Assembly: GCA_963775685.1 (NCBI GenBank)
Contig: CAVZJV010000014.1
Span: 2,144,001-2,208,000, forward strand
Length of the DNA stretch: 64,000 nucleotides
Reading direction: 5' to 3'
From: Candidatus Bathyarchaeota archaeon
Lineage (GTDB): Archaea; Thermoproteota; Bathyarchaeia; Bathyarchaeales; Bathycorpusculaceae
The notes under the pieces: model-generated
Told to the model about the DNA's origin: nothing
What the model saw: the letters and a program-made list of their open reading frames with translations, nothing else
Databases searched by the model: none
Position numbers and translations under genes: made by a program
Part shown: piece by piece, positions 31,306-42,363 of the stretch
Layout of the letters: every line of letters starts with the position of its first letter
How positions within the stretch are numbered: position 1 is the first letter of the stretch

Positions 31306-32701
31306 ATGGCATGAGGTACAGCAAGAAAACAGTCAACTAAAGCAAACAGTTACGGAGCAGACTGAACAAATAAGCACCAATACAATCGATTTCTTTGAGT
31401 GCATCTTGGGCTTCAAACCCTATGCATACCAAAAAGAGTTCATTGAACTCTTTGAGAACAATCAGTTCACCGCTGCGCGCTGGTGTAGACAGAGTGGCAA
31501 GACAGAAACGATATCTGCCCTGCTGCTAAAATACGCGGTTACACATTCAAACGCTGCAATCTGCATAGTGGGACCTTCTTGGCGTCAAACCAAGCGAATC
31601 ATAACACGCGTAGTAGCCTTCGCACATAAGCTTCCGCCGGGCATTGTTTTTAAGCCACAGAAAACGCAGATTTATTTCGTCAACGGCAGTAGCATTGAGG
31701 CTTTCCCAAACAACCCCGAAACAATCAGAGGCCCAACGTTTGATGTAGTATACGCAGACGAGTTTAATTTCGTGGCTAATGACCAAGACCTCTACGACGC
31801 CATTCTCTACACGCTTGGAACAACTGATGGCAAATTCGTATGCAGCAGCACGCCTTGGAACACCGACAGCGTCTTCTACAAAATATTTACCCACAAAAAC
31901 TTCGCCCACTTCAAAACCACGCATGTCACATACGAAAAAGCCCTAAGCCCAAACGGCCCCCTAAAACTCAATACTATCCAGCAGATAAAGGCACAGATGG
32001 GTGATGATCCGTCCCGGTGGAAGAGGGAAATGGAGGCAGAATGGGTTGAAGATGACAATGTCTGGTTAACACAGAGTTTGATTGCGTCCTGCATAGGCAC
32101 AGTAAAGAATTGTAGCGAGAAGGTAGATGTATTCGATCCAGAGGTTTCCAAAGAAGGCGATTTTTTTGCCGGCTTAGACTTGGCTCAAACCAAAGACTAC
32201 ACTGTATTCTCGGTAATAGAGCGCAGAAACGATACTCTTTATCTGCGTCACCTCAAAATCTTCAGTCAACCAACCAAATACGCCCCCGTTTTAGGCTACA
32301 TTAAGGCTCTGCAGGATCGCTGGGGCGGCTTCGAACGAATCAGAGTGGATTTCACCCGTGAAGGCCCAAGCATCATAGCCGACATGGAAGCTGCTGGCAT
32401 CGGTAACGCTGAGGGCGTCAACTTTAGTGTGCCACGCAAAAGTGAAATGGCCAGCGTGCTCAAGCAACGCATGGCTAATGGCAAGTTTTACTACCCGCTT
32501 CTAAATTGGGAACGACCCTACCGAGGAGACATCTGCAGCGAACTAAACGTTGAACGCTACGAGCACCGCAAGGACGGAACCATAGGCTATTCACATCCTA
32601 ACTGCACCCACGACGACGTCTTCTGGAGCATAGCGCTAGCCGTCTTTGCATCCATGCATATGGAGCCTAAACCATTCTTGGCAGTTATCCCCCGAAGCTA
32701 A
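31172..32701 (+). CDS. Terminase large subunit (start uncertain)
   Basis: Walker A WCRQSGKT; Walker B VYADEF; coupling motif SSTP; nuclease GLDLA...HDDVFWSIALA. Confidence 0.88.
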   Translation: MTMFVIEMLSENSRKWKSKMHSLNRRSRRSKKEPRALRPNQFIAKWHEVQQENSQLKQTVTEQTEQISTNTIDFFECILGFKPYAYQKEFIELFENNQFTAARWCRQSGKTETISALLLKYAVTHSNAAICIVGPSWRQTKRIITRVVAFAHKLPPGIVFKPQKTQIYFVNGSSIEAFPNNPETIRGPTFDVVYADEFNFVANDQDLYDAILYTLGTTDGKFVCSSTPWNTDSVFYKIFTHKNFAHFKTTHVTYEKALSPNGPLKLNTIQQIKAQMGDDPSRWKREMEAEWVEDDNVWLTQSLIASCIGTVKNCSEKVDVFDPEVSKEGDFFAGLDLAQTKDYTVFSVIERRNDTLYLRHLKIFSQPTKYAPVLGYIKALQDRWGGFERIRVDFTREGPSIIADMEAAGIGNAEGVNFSVPRKSEMASVLKQRMANGKFYYPLLNWERPYRGDICSELNVERYEHRKDGTIGYSHPNCTHDDVFWSIALAVFASMHMEPKPFLAVIPRS

Positions 32702-33171
32702 AGACCAATTTAGCGTCAAGAGATTTAAGTTTGAAACTCCGCCAGAAACTGCCTTCCGTCTCACTGGATTACGAACTCAAAGTTTGCTTGTGATGGAACC
32801 GCTGGGACTCGAACCTAAGGTCGTCACATGCGCCCCAGACATGTATCTTAATCTATGCTATCGGTTGTTTGTAATGTCCATACTAATGAGGGTTTTAATG
32901 CGATAAAAAAAGCAGAGGATTTTGTTCGTTGAGGATGAAGGATTAAGACCATTTGAGCGACAGAGCAGTTTTTAGAAGCACAAGACAGGCCACCACTGGT
33001 ACTGTGGATTCCTTCAAAAATATATCCCGGCGCAAAGTTTGTGTTCTTTGAAACCGGCGGATAGATGTTTGGTGATACCTAGATGATTTACAAAGTGAAA
33101 CGGGTCAGCTTTCTGCGAAAGAACAAAATAATTCCATAAAAGGAAAAGTTAGGGGGTTATCCGCCTCTTTT

Positions 33172-34115
33172 TTAATACTGGGTTACGACGCCGATTTTGG
33201 TAGCTAAGAGCTCGTAGCCCGCTGTCTTGAATGAAGACGCAACTTTGCCCTGCAACTCTTTACCCGGTGTCAACGCAATCATGCAGCCTCCGCCTCCGCC
33301 GCCTGTGAGCTTAGCCCCGAATGCGCCCTGCTTTCTGGCTAAGTCAACGAGGAGGTCGAGTTCTTTGCTCGATACCCCGATTTCTTGGAGCAGGCTATGG
33401 TTTTCGTTCATGAGATCACCGATTTTTTTTAGGTTGAAGAATTCCAAGGCAGCTCTGCCCTCGTAAGCTAGTTCTTCTGCTCGTTTGAAGATCTGGTTGT
33501 ATTTTTGGGGGTTTTTAAGTTTGCGTTCGGCTACCCCTTCAACCATAGCTTTGGTGTTGGCAACTTTGCCCGTGCTTCCGATGACGATTTCCACAGGCTC
33601 TTTGATGCTTAGAGGCTCAACTTTGTCGGGTCCTCCACCCATGTTTTTCTTAAACCACATCAGCCCCCATAAGTGGCTGCGGTGTTGTCGATGCCTGAAG
33701 GGTTACCCGCGTAAGCTTTCTCGGCTTCATAGGCAACTTGATTAATTTTTTCGTTAGCAATTTTCATCCCGAGTTCTTGGGCGATGGCACGTGCAATGGC
33801 AACGCTACTTGCCGCAGAAGCTCCAAGCCCACTGAAGCCTGGAAGGGTGCCGCCTACCCAGATGTCCAATGCGATTTTGGGGTCAATGCCCATGGCTTTT
33901 AGCATCCTCTCGATAGATTCAAGTTGCTGGAGCCTTTTTTCCTCGCTGTAGCCCTTAGCGGTTTTGCGCTCATCCTGAACGTTTATTCCTTTAGCAGCTT
34001 TTTTTACCTCTGCATCCGTTGTGGAATCAATGGCTGAAACGATTCCCGGCACACCATGAACGACGAAGTGTTCTCCAAACAAAATTACTTTTCCATAACC
34101 TGAACCTTTACCCAT
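33172..34115 (-). CDS. mvk: Mevalonate kinase (split by a 1-bp deletion in a G-run at ~33663)
   Basis: GKVILFGEHFVVHG, SGLGASAA, GNPSGIDN..ATYGG | WF..., GAKLTGGGGGGC. Confidence 0.93.
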
Positions 34116-34551
34116 GTTGAACCACCATAATGGCTAGCTATTAACACAGACCTAATTAAAACATTTTTTACAGGATTTTTAATTGCCAAATTTTTTATTC
34201 AGTTTGATTCTGATAAATGTACTGGACTGGAAAGGCGCCTACAGATATTTTATTAGATTCAGAGTCTAAAAAAGAAAAGAAACGTAACCAAGCCATGTAC
34301 CGCTGGGATTTGATCTAACCGAACGTTTGCCTTATTAATTGGGAAAAGACAAGCAAGCCCGGTTAATAGGGAAAGTCTTTATAGGTTCTTGGGTGGTGGT
34401 GTTTTTTTAGGTTTTAGACCTTGTGTCATATTGCTTTTCTAGTAGGTAGGTTAACCAAACCCAGAATGCGAGCATTTAGGCGCATGTTAGGGTTTTCCGA
34501 AACCTAAAATAAGACCGTGACAAAAGTATAGCCACCTGAGGTTAACTGTCC

Positions 34552-35808
34552 GTGTCATCCATTATCGAGGACCTCATTGCTAGAAAGATTTTCAACAACC
34601 GCGGAGAAGAAACCATAGAAGTCGACGTAATAACCGCTTCCGGGTTCGGAAGAGCAGGTGCGCCAGCAGGCAAAAGTCGCGGAAAAGCTGAAGTTGTCTA
34701 CTATCCACAGGGAGGCGTTGAAGCCGCCATCAAAAAAGTCGACGACCTGATCACTCCTGAACTCGCAGGGCTCAACGCAGATTTCCAAGAAGAAATCGAC
34801 AACACCCTCCATGAAATTGATGGGACAACAGATTTTAAGAACATCGGCGGAAACACTGCATTCTCTATATCTCTTGCCAACGCCGAAGCCGCAGCAAACA
34901 GCCACAGCTTGCTCTTGTTCCAGTTTTTGGGCGGAAACGCTGCAACAACTATGCCCTATCCGCTGGGTAACTGCATTAGCGGTGGAGCACACGCTCGAGG
35001 TGGCAAAACCCCCAGTATCCAAGAGTACCTTGCTCTACCGCATGGCGCTGAAAGCTTCCTTGAAGCACAAACCGCCAACACCCAGATCCACAAAAAAATC
35101 GAAACCTCGCTAAAAAAGAAAAGCACAACTTTTTCAGGTGGCAAAAGTGACGAGGGGGCCTGGATTGCAAACATCGACACAGAGGACGCGTTTGAAGTTA
35201 TCGCCAAAGCCTGTGAAGAAGTCGGTAACGAAATGGATTTTGAATGTGGGTTTGGCATAGATGTGGCCGCTTCCTCGTTTTGGAAGCCGAAAGAAGAAAA
35301 ATATGTTTACGAGATGGAGGGCAAAAAACGAGACACCTCCGAACAGCTTGAATTTATGCTAGAGTTAATCAAGAAATATCACCTTGCCTACGTTGAAGAC
35401 CCCTTCGACGAAGACGACTTTGACAGTTTCGCCGAGCTTACCCGCAAAGCCAAGAATTGCATGATCTGCGGAGACGATTTGTTCACGACTAATACTGAAA
35501 GGTTAAATAATGGAATTAAGATTAACGCTGGAAACGCCATCATAATCAAAGTCAACCAGATTGGCACCTTAACCGATGCAGCTGAAACAATAGAATTAGC
35601 TCAACGTCACGGTTATGATCCTGTTATGTCTCACCGTTCCGGAGACACCTGCGATTGGCACATCGCACATTTGGCAGTCGCCTATAAATGCCCCGTAATC
35701 AAAACAGGCGTTGTGGAAGGCGCGCGTATAGCCAAACTAAATGAGCTCATCCGCATCGAACATTTCCTTGGGAACCGAGCCAAAATGGCTGACCTAAAAA
35801 TACGCTAA
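34552..35808 (+). CDS. eno: Enolase
   Basis: IQEY, SDEG, EDPF.EDD, GDDLFTTN, KVNQIGTL, SHRSGDT, IKTG. Confidence 0.95.
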   Translation: MSSIIEDLIARKIFNNRGEETIEVDVITASGFGRAGAPAGKSRGKAEVVYYPQGGVEAAIKKVDDLITPELAGLNADFQEEIDNTLHEIDGTTDFKNIGGNTAFSISLANAEAAANSHSLLLFQFLGGNAATTMPYPLGNCISGGAHARGGKTPSIQEYLALPHGAESFLEAQTANTQIHKKIETSLKKKSTTFSGGKSDEGAWIANIDTEDAFEVIAKACEEVGNEMDFECGFGIDVAASSFWKPKEEKYVYEMEGKKRDTSEQLEFMLELIKKYHLAYVEDPFDEDDFDSFAELTRKAKNCMICGDDLFTTNTERLNNGIKINAGNAIIIKVNQIGTLTDAAETIELAQRHGYDPVMSHRSGDTCDWHIAHLAVAYKCPVIKTGVVEGARIAKLNELIRIEHFLGNRAKMADLKIR

Positions 35809-35814
35809 GAGAAG

Positions 35815-36615
35815 ATGAATAGAATGTCTGAAGACCAAGTAAAAGAAAACCAACCAGTTGAAAACGAACCCACAGAGGAACCTGCCGAAGAAGAAATGGA
35901 AGAGGCTCCTCAAGAAGAAGTAGAGTCAACTGAAATCGTTACTGCTGAACCTGAAGCCGAAGCTGAGGAAGAAACTCAGGAAATGCAATCTCCAGAAGAA
36001 ACCCTTCTTTTACCCCGAGACACCCTGCTGTCCGCAGGCATCCACATCGGTACCCGAATGAAAACCCTCGACATGGAACCATTCATCTACCGTGTACGCC
36101 CAGACGGACTTTTCGTTTTGGACGTTAAAAAAACAGATGACCGAATAAGAGTTACAGGAAAATTCCTCTCACGCTACGAACCAGCACGAGTAGCAGTTGC
36201 AGCAACAAGGCTTTATGCACATGAACCTGTCAAAATGTTCTGCAAGCTTACAGGCGCAACACCCCTAATCGGCAGATTCATCCCCGGACAACTCAGTAAT
36301 CCACAGTATTCAAGCCGCATCGACCCAGAAGTTATCCTTGTATGCGACCCACGAGCTGATGCCCAAGCAGTCAAAGAAGCGTCCAAAGTCGGTATACCAA
36401 TCGTTGCCCTATGCAGCACTGACAACGAGTTTGCAGGCGTAGACCTTGTCATTCCAACCAACAACAAAGGCAGACGCGCCTTAGCAGTCGTATTCTGGTT
36501 ACTATCAAGACAAGTACTCCGAGAAAGAGGCGAACTAGGTCCAGACCGCGATCCGCCGGTAACTATTGAGGACTTCGAAGCTAAAGTGACGCGCGAAGAG
36601 GATGAGGAGCCCTAA
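35815..36615 (+). CDS. rps2: 30S ribosomal protein S2 with acidic N-terminal extension
   Basis: AGIHIGTR, GRFIPGQLSNP, DPRADAQAVKEA, IPTNNKG. Confidence 0.96.
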   Translation: MNRMSEDQVKENQPVENEPTEEPAEEEMEEAPQEEVESTEIVTAEPEAEAEEETQEMQSPEETLLLPRDTLLSAGIHIGTRMKTLDMEPFIYRVRPDGLFVLDVKKTDDRIRVTGKFLSRYEPARVAVAATRLYAHEPVKMFCKLTGATPLIGRFIPGQLSNPQYSSRIDPEVILVCDPRADAQAVKEASKVGIPIVALCSTDNEFAGVDLVIPTNNKGRRALAVVFWLLSRQVLRERGELGPDRDPPVTIEDFEAKVTREEDEEP

Positions 36616-36620
36616 GAACT

Positions 36621-37475
36621 TTGCCGTCGATTCGGCGTCCATATGTAGCTTCTCAATTTTATGAGGGCAACGCCGAAGCGCTCAGAGCACAAATCACCTC
36701 TTGTTTCCTCCACCCGATTGGTCCAAAAAAACTTCCCCAAATAAATTTTCATAGCCACCCTCGAAATATAGTGGGTTTGATTTGTCCACATGCAGGTTAC
36801 GTCTATTCAGGTCCCGTGGCAGCACATGCATTTTACGAGTTAGCTTTAGATGGCAAACCTGATACTGTCTTTCTTTTGGGTCCCAACCACTCAGGCTACG
36901 GTAGCGCTTTAGCGTTGATGCGCGAAGGAATCTGGCGAACACCTCTAGGCGATGTCGAAATTGATACTGCATTGGCGGACTCAGTGCTACATGAAACCAG
37001 CATCGTGGATGTGGATGAAACAGCCCACAAATATGAGCACTCACTTGAGGTGCAACTGCCTTTTCTCCAATTTCTCTACGGCAACTCATTCAAAATCGTG
37101 CCAATCTGCTATTTGATGCAGGATTATGATTCAGCAGTTGAAGTTGGACGCTCACTTGTGGAAGCTTTGGACGCAACAAACACCGTGATCATCGCTTCCT
37201 CCGATCTGACCCATTATGAACCAGCTAAAACAGCAGCTTCCAAAGACCAAGCGGCGCTCAAAGCCATAATAGATCTCGATCCAAAACGCTTCTATCAAAC
37301 CGTTGAAACCCAAAACATAACCGCATGCGGTTACGCGCCAATTACTTCATTAATTACTTATGCTCAAGGCGTGAGCACTAACGAGGTTACGCTTTTAAGC
37401 TACCACAACAGCGGTGACATCACAGGCGACTACTCAAGCGTAGTTGGATACGCAGCGTTGTGTTTCAAAAAATAG
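36621..37475 (+). CDS. amrB: MEMO1-family (AmmeMemoRadiSam B) protein
   Basis: PHAGYVYSG, GPNH, EHSLEVQLPFLQ, ASSDLTHY, CG, VVGYA. Confidence 0.92.
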   Translation: MPSIRRPYVASQFYEGNAEALRAQITSCFLHPIGPKKLPQINFHSHPRNIVGLICPHAGYVYSGPVAAHAFYELALDGKPDTVFLLGPNHSGYGSALALMREGIWRTPLGDVEIDTALADSVLHETSIVDVDETAHKYEHSLEVQLPFLQFLYGNSFKIVPICYLMQDYDSAVEVGRSLVEALDATNTVIIASSDLTHYEPAKTAASKDQAALKAIIDLDPKRFYQTVETQNITACGYAPITSLITYAQGVSTNEVTLLSYHNSGDITGDYSSVVGYAALCFKK

Positions 37476-37478
37476 CTT

Positions 37479-39802
37479 TTAGTTTGAAAATCGCAAACTA
37501 AATTTGGTGCCTTTCCCTCTTCACTCTCGATTGTAACGGTGTCGTTCATTGCCTCTGCCATGCGCTTAACGACTGCTAACCCAAAACCTTGTCCCTTAGA
37601 TTTTGTGGTCATCAAAGGTATGAATAGTTTACTGCGAAATTCTTCAGGGATACCTTCCCCTGTGTCTTCTATGTCAATTGTGATTTGGTGTTTTTGGAGA
37701 TAGGCCCTTATTGTGAGTTTTCCGCCTTTGGGCATGGCTTGAACAGCGTTTTGAATTAGGTTTACAAGAATTCGCTTTATCATGGTGGAATCGATGCTGA
37801 GAAGAGGAAGATTCTCGTCGGCTAAAACTTCAGTTTTTACAAAGGCGGGAATTGTTATCATTTCTAAGGCATTGTTGATTGCTTTGTCCACTTCTACTTG
37901 TTCTTTCTTTGGGTTTAGGGGTCTAGCGTAGTCTTGCAGGTCTGCCACAATTTTGTTGATGTAAACCAAGTTTTCTTCAATACTTTTTATGCTTTCCCCG
38001 AGGTTTTCTTTGCATTCGCTTTCGGCTAAAGAATTAATCTCAATCTTCTCAATGTAGAGTTCGTTTGTGATTGCTTGCAGCGGGTTGCGAATATCGTGAC
38101 CAACCATGCCTGCAGTCTGGCCAATCGCCGCCATGCGTTCAGCATCTTTGAGTTTTTTTGCCCTTTCCTCAGCTAATTCTTCCATTTGGGTAGCGAACTC
38201 TTCAACTTCCGTAGCTTTTTCCTCAAGCTTTCCCTGTAGCTCTTTTTGATTGTAGAGGGCTTTGGCGAGTTTGAGGTTTGCATGGCTTATTTTCGAGATG
38301 AACTCTGACATTCTAGAATAGAAGACCATTAGGTCTTGGATTTTTTCTCTGCTAAATCTCGGAATGCTATCAAATGCTGCCAAGTATTCTTCTTTGTTAA
38401 AACCGTATTTTTCGGCTTGGGCAATAAATAGGTCTCGGTCAACTTTTTCATCGTCAAAGAAGAATTGACCAAAGAAAACGTTAGCTACCTGTTTGTCGCC
38501 GATGAACAGCGGCGTAGATACATCCCAAATGTTGTTTTTGCATTTGTATAAACGGATTTCGCCGTTTACGAGTCCACTTGTAAGTTCAAGGTCGCTTTCT
38601 ATGCAGTTTTTGTATGTAGTCGGGTTAACTCGGTGGAATTTTGTGCAAATATCCTGCCAACCTGTGCCCACGAGCACGTTTCCTCTGAGGTCTACTAACG
38701 CAAAACCCATCTTTGTAACTGTGTAGAGGTGGTCCATAGTGGCCTGCAGTCTTGGCACATCTAATATGTTGGCTACTTCTTCTTCCGCCATTTCTACATC
38801 AGGAGAGAGTACAGAGTCCAATTTTAATTGTAAGCGTTCTTCGCTTTCTCTCAGTGCTTCTTCGGTGGCTTCGCGTTCCGTGATTTCTTTTTCTAGCTTC
38901 TGGTTTACCTGTGTTAGTTCTTCTGCATGATTTGCCAGTTTGGTTTCGCTTTGTTTTAGGTTTCGAAATAAGAGTTCGTAGGGTTTAGTGAGGCCAGTCT
39001 CGATTAAGGCCCTGTAGATAAAGTAGAATGATAGGACGTTAAGCAAGTGCCCCACTAAGTTCGCCACCCCGTAAACATCGGTATATAGAGTGAAAGCCAT
39101 TTCTGTTGCAACTGCCAATGCCATGGCAACTAACAGAAACTTGTAGATATCTGCGCTAAAGTCTCTGCGTTTTTTAATAAGTAAGCCGATGGACGCAATA
39201 ATCATTAGTGAGATGCCATATTCACTGCCTATCTTAAACGCCGTTAGGCTTAGAGAATTATTATCATATGCTACGGGAAAATTTTGCCAATAAAAAATTG
39301 AAGCCAGAATAAAAGCTGAAACTAAACTGTAACCAGCAACGATTAAACTTGGTTTTATTTTTCTTTGAGTAAAAAACAATGGAATTAAGAATGAGAAGCC
39401 AAGAACATATCTTGTGGCAATCCAAAGTTGAGTTGCGAGATTTGAGCCTACAAAACCTGGAAAAACTCCCATTCCCTTGTAGGCTAAAGTATGAAACACA
39501 TCCAATCCCACCACGAAGAGGAAAGCTACACCTATGAAAACCAGATAATTGTTGTCAATTAAATGTCTGCTGTTCCACGCTATGGCAAAAATGGCGAAGG
39601 CAATGACTATGCTAAAGATTTCTACAATGCTGTGGAAGAGCAGGTAGTTTTGACGACTTAAAAGGTAAAGTGCTATTAAACTCACTGCGCCACCGATGAT
39701 GACGACGATGTTTCGAAAGTGGACTGCCTTTTTAATGCGAATTGCATTTGGGGGTGGGTCTACTCTTTGTTCACTTCTGAGACCAGCATCTTTAGAAATC
39801 AT
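37479..39802 (-). CDS. MASE3-PocR sensor histidine kinase (frameshift in the last codons)
   Basis: N-terminal TM domain (FHSIVEIFS, HTLAYKGM); PocR GWQDICTKFHR...CKN; HDIRNPL; NAVQAM; GQGFGL. Confidence 0.88.
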
Positions 39803-39931
39803 CGCTTAATTTAAGATCTCCACGGCCAAATATTGTTGAATATAATTCCATTGTGATTTAAAAATATGATCAAAAATTATACAAAAATTTTTAACGAAAA
39901 TTCGAGCAAATCAGAAAGTGATAAGAAAATA

Positions 39932-40705
39932 CTATTTATATTTCTTTAAAGTTTTCTCAAAAAACACTTTGGTTTTGGAAATTTCTTCCATGGACGTTTT
40001 GCGTTCCAGCTCAAGCGTTATCGGACCGTCATAACCGTAGCCATACAGTTTAGAGAGGAACTCAATTAGCTCAGGAGTTTCTTTTGTGAAGGGTTTGTGG
40101 GCTTTGTTGGCCATATGAACATTGCAGACCCGCCTGCCATATACCTCAAGCAGATTATCCACTTCTTTAGTTTCTAATGCATGACATAAATCAAACGTTA
40201 TCCCCATTTCGTCATCTGGGTCTATTACCTCTAAGACTTCCTTTAGTTGTTCAACGCTCTTGCCAAATCCAGTTGATGTATACGACAAATTCTCCAAAGA
40301 CAACTTGATGCCGAGTCGTTTTGCAAACGGCTTGATCTCCCCGTTGAAAATTTCATTTAAACAACTTTCCCTGACGTTCCGTGGTAGCTTTTTAGAAATG
40401 TTCGAATGCACCGTCATAAGAGGTGCTCCCAGCACTCTGGCACATTCAAGAGAGATTTTGCCATAATAAATTGCTTGGTGAACCTCAATGGGGTCTTTAA
40501 CGTGGAGAACTGCTGAGTGAAGGGTTAGGCAATTGAGTCTAGAGGCAACGTACGCTTTCTGCTCCAGGTAAACATCTGTGTCATGTTCTTTTTTTATAGA
40601 TTTCATGTTAAACTCAATGTTTTCAAAACCAAGTCGTTTAACATTGTTAAAATTGTCTTGTATTCCCAGTTTGCTAAAAATTCCGTTGGATAGACTCAAC
40701 TTCAT
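39932..40705 (-). CDS. Sugar-phosphate isomerase/epimerase (xylose isomerase-like TIM barrel)
   Basis: LSLEN, TFDLCH, NVH, ITLE motifs. Confidence 0.8.
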   Translation of the reverse strand: MKLSLSNGIFSKLGIQDNFNNVKRLGFENIEFNMKSIKKEHDTDVYLEQKAYVASRLNCLTLHSAVLHVKDPIEVHQAIYYGKISLECARVLGAPLMTVHSNISKKLPRNVRESCLNEIFNGEIKPFAKRLGIKLSLENLSYTSTGFGKSVEQLKEVLEVIDPDDEMGITFDLCHALETKEVDNLLEVYGRRVCNVHMANKAHKPFTKETPELIEFLSKLYGYGYDGPITLELERKTSMEEISKTKVFFEKTLKKYK

Positions 40706-40809
40706 GCGTTAGCCTCAGTTTTGGTTTTCTCTATTAACTGTAGCATCTTCGTTCTTTAATTGTTGTTTCGTTACATAAAGTTAAATTTCCAGACTTTCCT
40801 TTTAGCTTC

Positions 40810-41115
40810 ATGGTGCCAAGCGTGGAAGTTAAAATCCGCTTCTTCACTAACCTTCGTGAAATCGTGAACAAAAGAGAAGTAACTCTAAACTTTTCCGACA
40901 ATGTCAAGGTTACCGTGGACGTGGTTCTTAAAACGCTTTCCGACAAATATGGCAAACCCTTCATTGAATATGTCTACAACCAGGAAACGGGGCAGCCTAA
41001 GGCTTTTCTTCAGTTTCTTTTTAATGGAACAAGCATATCAAATCTGAATGGGTTAGAAACGGAGCTTAAGGACGGCGCCGTTTTAGCGGTTCTTCCGCCC
41101 GTCGGTGGCGGCTAA
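40810..41115 (+). CDS. Ubiquitin-like SAMP/MoaD/ThiS protein
   Basis: Beta-grasp pattern ending LPPVGGG. Confidence 0.88.
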   Translation: MVPSVEVKIRFFTNLREIVNKREVTLNFSDNVKVTVDVVLKTLSDKYGKPFIEYVYNQETGQPKAFLQFLFNGTSISNLNGLETELKDGAVLAVLPPVGGG

Positions 41116-41381
41116 AGTTGAAATGAAAGTTCGCTTGGTGCGCGGTGTCTTCATAAGAATTTATGTCTGCGCTGGGAAATCGTCAAACGTTCAACAATGA
41201 ACTCGTCTGCATTCAAAAAAAAGAAAGACTACTGAACAAGTGTAGCGTTGACAAACTCAAGCTCACAAGTCTACCAGTTGAACACTTGACTAAGTGGACG
41301 AATAATTCATATAATTTTTAAAGCACTGGAAACAAAAGTAGGCTTGAGGGAAAAAAAATTAAAGCTGCCGTACTAGCGCCT

Positions 41382-41849
41382 TTGTACCTTTCTATATCCT
41401 GGATTCTCACAGTAAGTTACCAACTGTTCACCGATACTGCTGTTAAGTCAGTTGCGTCTTATGCTAATTTGTGGCTCCCTTCTGCCGGCACATGGATAAA
41501 CTCAAATGTTCAAACACTAGTTTTTATCTATGCCTTCACGTGGATTTTTGTATTATCTTCAGTAATACCCTCAGCGATTCTTGGAAAACATAGAGGCGTT
41601 TTGGTTCAATACATTGTGGTTCTCATACTAACATTGTTGGCTTTCTTCATGGCAGATGTACTTCAAATAGTTGGAGGTATCCAGATAAACGACTTGCTTT
41701 CCGCTTCGAATATTCTCACTAACCCGATTTTAGCAATTGTCTACCTAGCAGTACCTTACATTTTCATGGTTGTCTTAGATTTCCGCTCCAGAAGGGCAGC
41801 AAGAGGCATAAAACAGTTCGACCATATAGTGCAAGAAGTCAGTAAGTAA
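41382..41849 (+). CDS. Hypothetical membrane protein (true start probably ~41344, shifted in an A-run)
   Basis: Four hydrophobic segments. Confidence 0.7.
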   Translation: MYLSISWILTVSYQLFTDTAVKSVASYANLWLPSAGTWINSNVQTLVFIYAFTWIFVLSSVIPSAILGKHRGVLVQYIVVLILTLLAFFMADVLQIVGGIQINDLLSASNILTNPILAIVYLAVPYIFMVVLDFRSRRAARGIKQFDHIVQEVSK

Positions 41850-41857
41850 GACGCATT

Positions 41858-42187
41858 TTATTTTTTACGTACGTTGCATTGGAGCACTTTGGGACAAACC
41901 AAGCATTCATCCGTACTTCCCGAAGGTGTATTGAGCAATCCGCTAAAATGTGTGCATTTGGCTGGCGAATCAAAAACCATTGGGTATTCTGTTGGTCTAA
42001 TGCCAACGATCTTCTCTTTAACAGTGTCTAACTCTAATCGAGACATGCAAAATGGGCAAGCATAATGCGTTTGGCGAGGCATAACAGAGTCATCTGTAAT
42101 CATCGTCGGCCTATCAAAGCGCTTCTCGCAGCCTTTGTAGGGGCATTGAAGCTTGTCATTTGAACTGTGAAAGTTGAAAAAACGCAT
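41858..42187 (-). CDS. Cys-rich zinc-finger hypothetical protein
   Basis: CPYKGC, CPFC, CLVC motifs. Confidence 0.7.
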   Translation of the reverse strand: MRFFNFHSSNDKLQCPYKGCEKRFDRPTMITDDSVMPRQTHYACPFCMSRLELDTVKEKIVGIRPTEYPMVFDSPAKCTHFSGLLNTPSGSTDECLVCPKVLQCNVRKK

Positions 42188-42289
42188 TACACTCAGCCTT
42201 TAAAAAAACGTGTCGCAAACTTTAATAAACCTTCCCGCAACGCACCCAAAATGCTGAGAATTACAACACAAATACACAAAAACCGAGAA

Positions 42290-42363
42290 AGCCTCGAGCG
42301 GGCTTTGCTCCCGCGGCCTGCTGCTTACGAGGCAGCCGCTCCACTGGGCTGAGCTATCGAGGC
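42290..42363 (-). tRNA. tRNA-Thr(CGT)
   Basis: GCCTCGA/TCGAGGC acceptor stem; anticodon arm CTGC-CTCGTAA-GCAG; atypical T-loop AGCAAAG. Confidence 0.88.
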
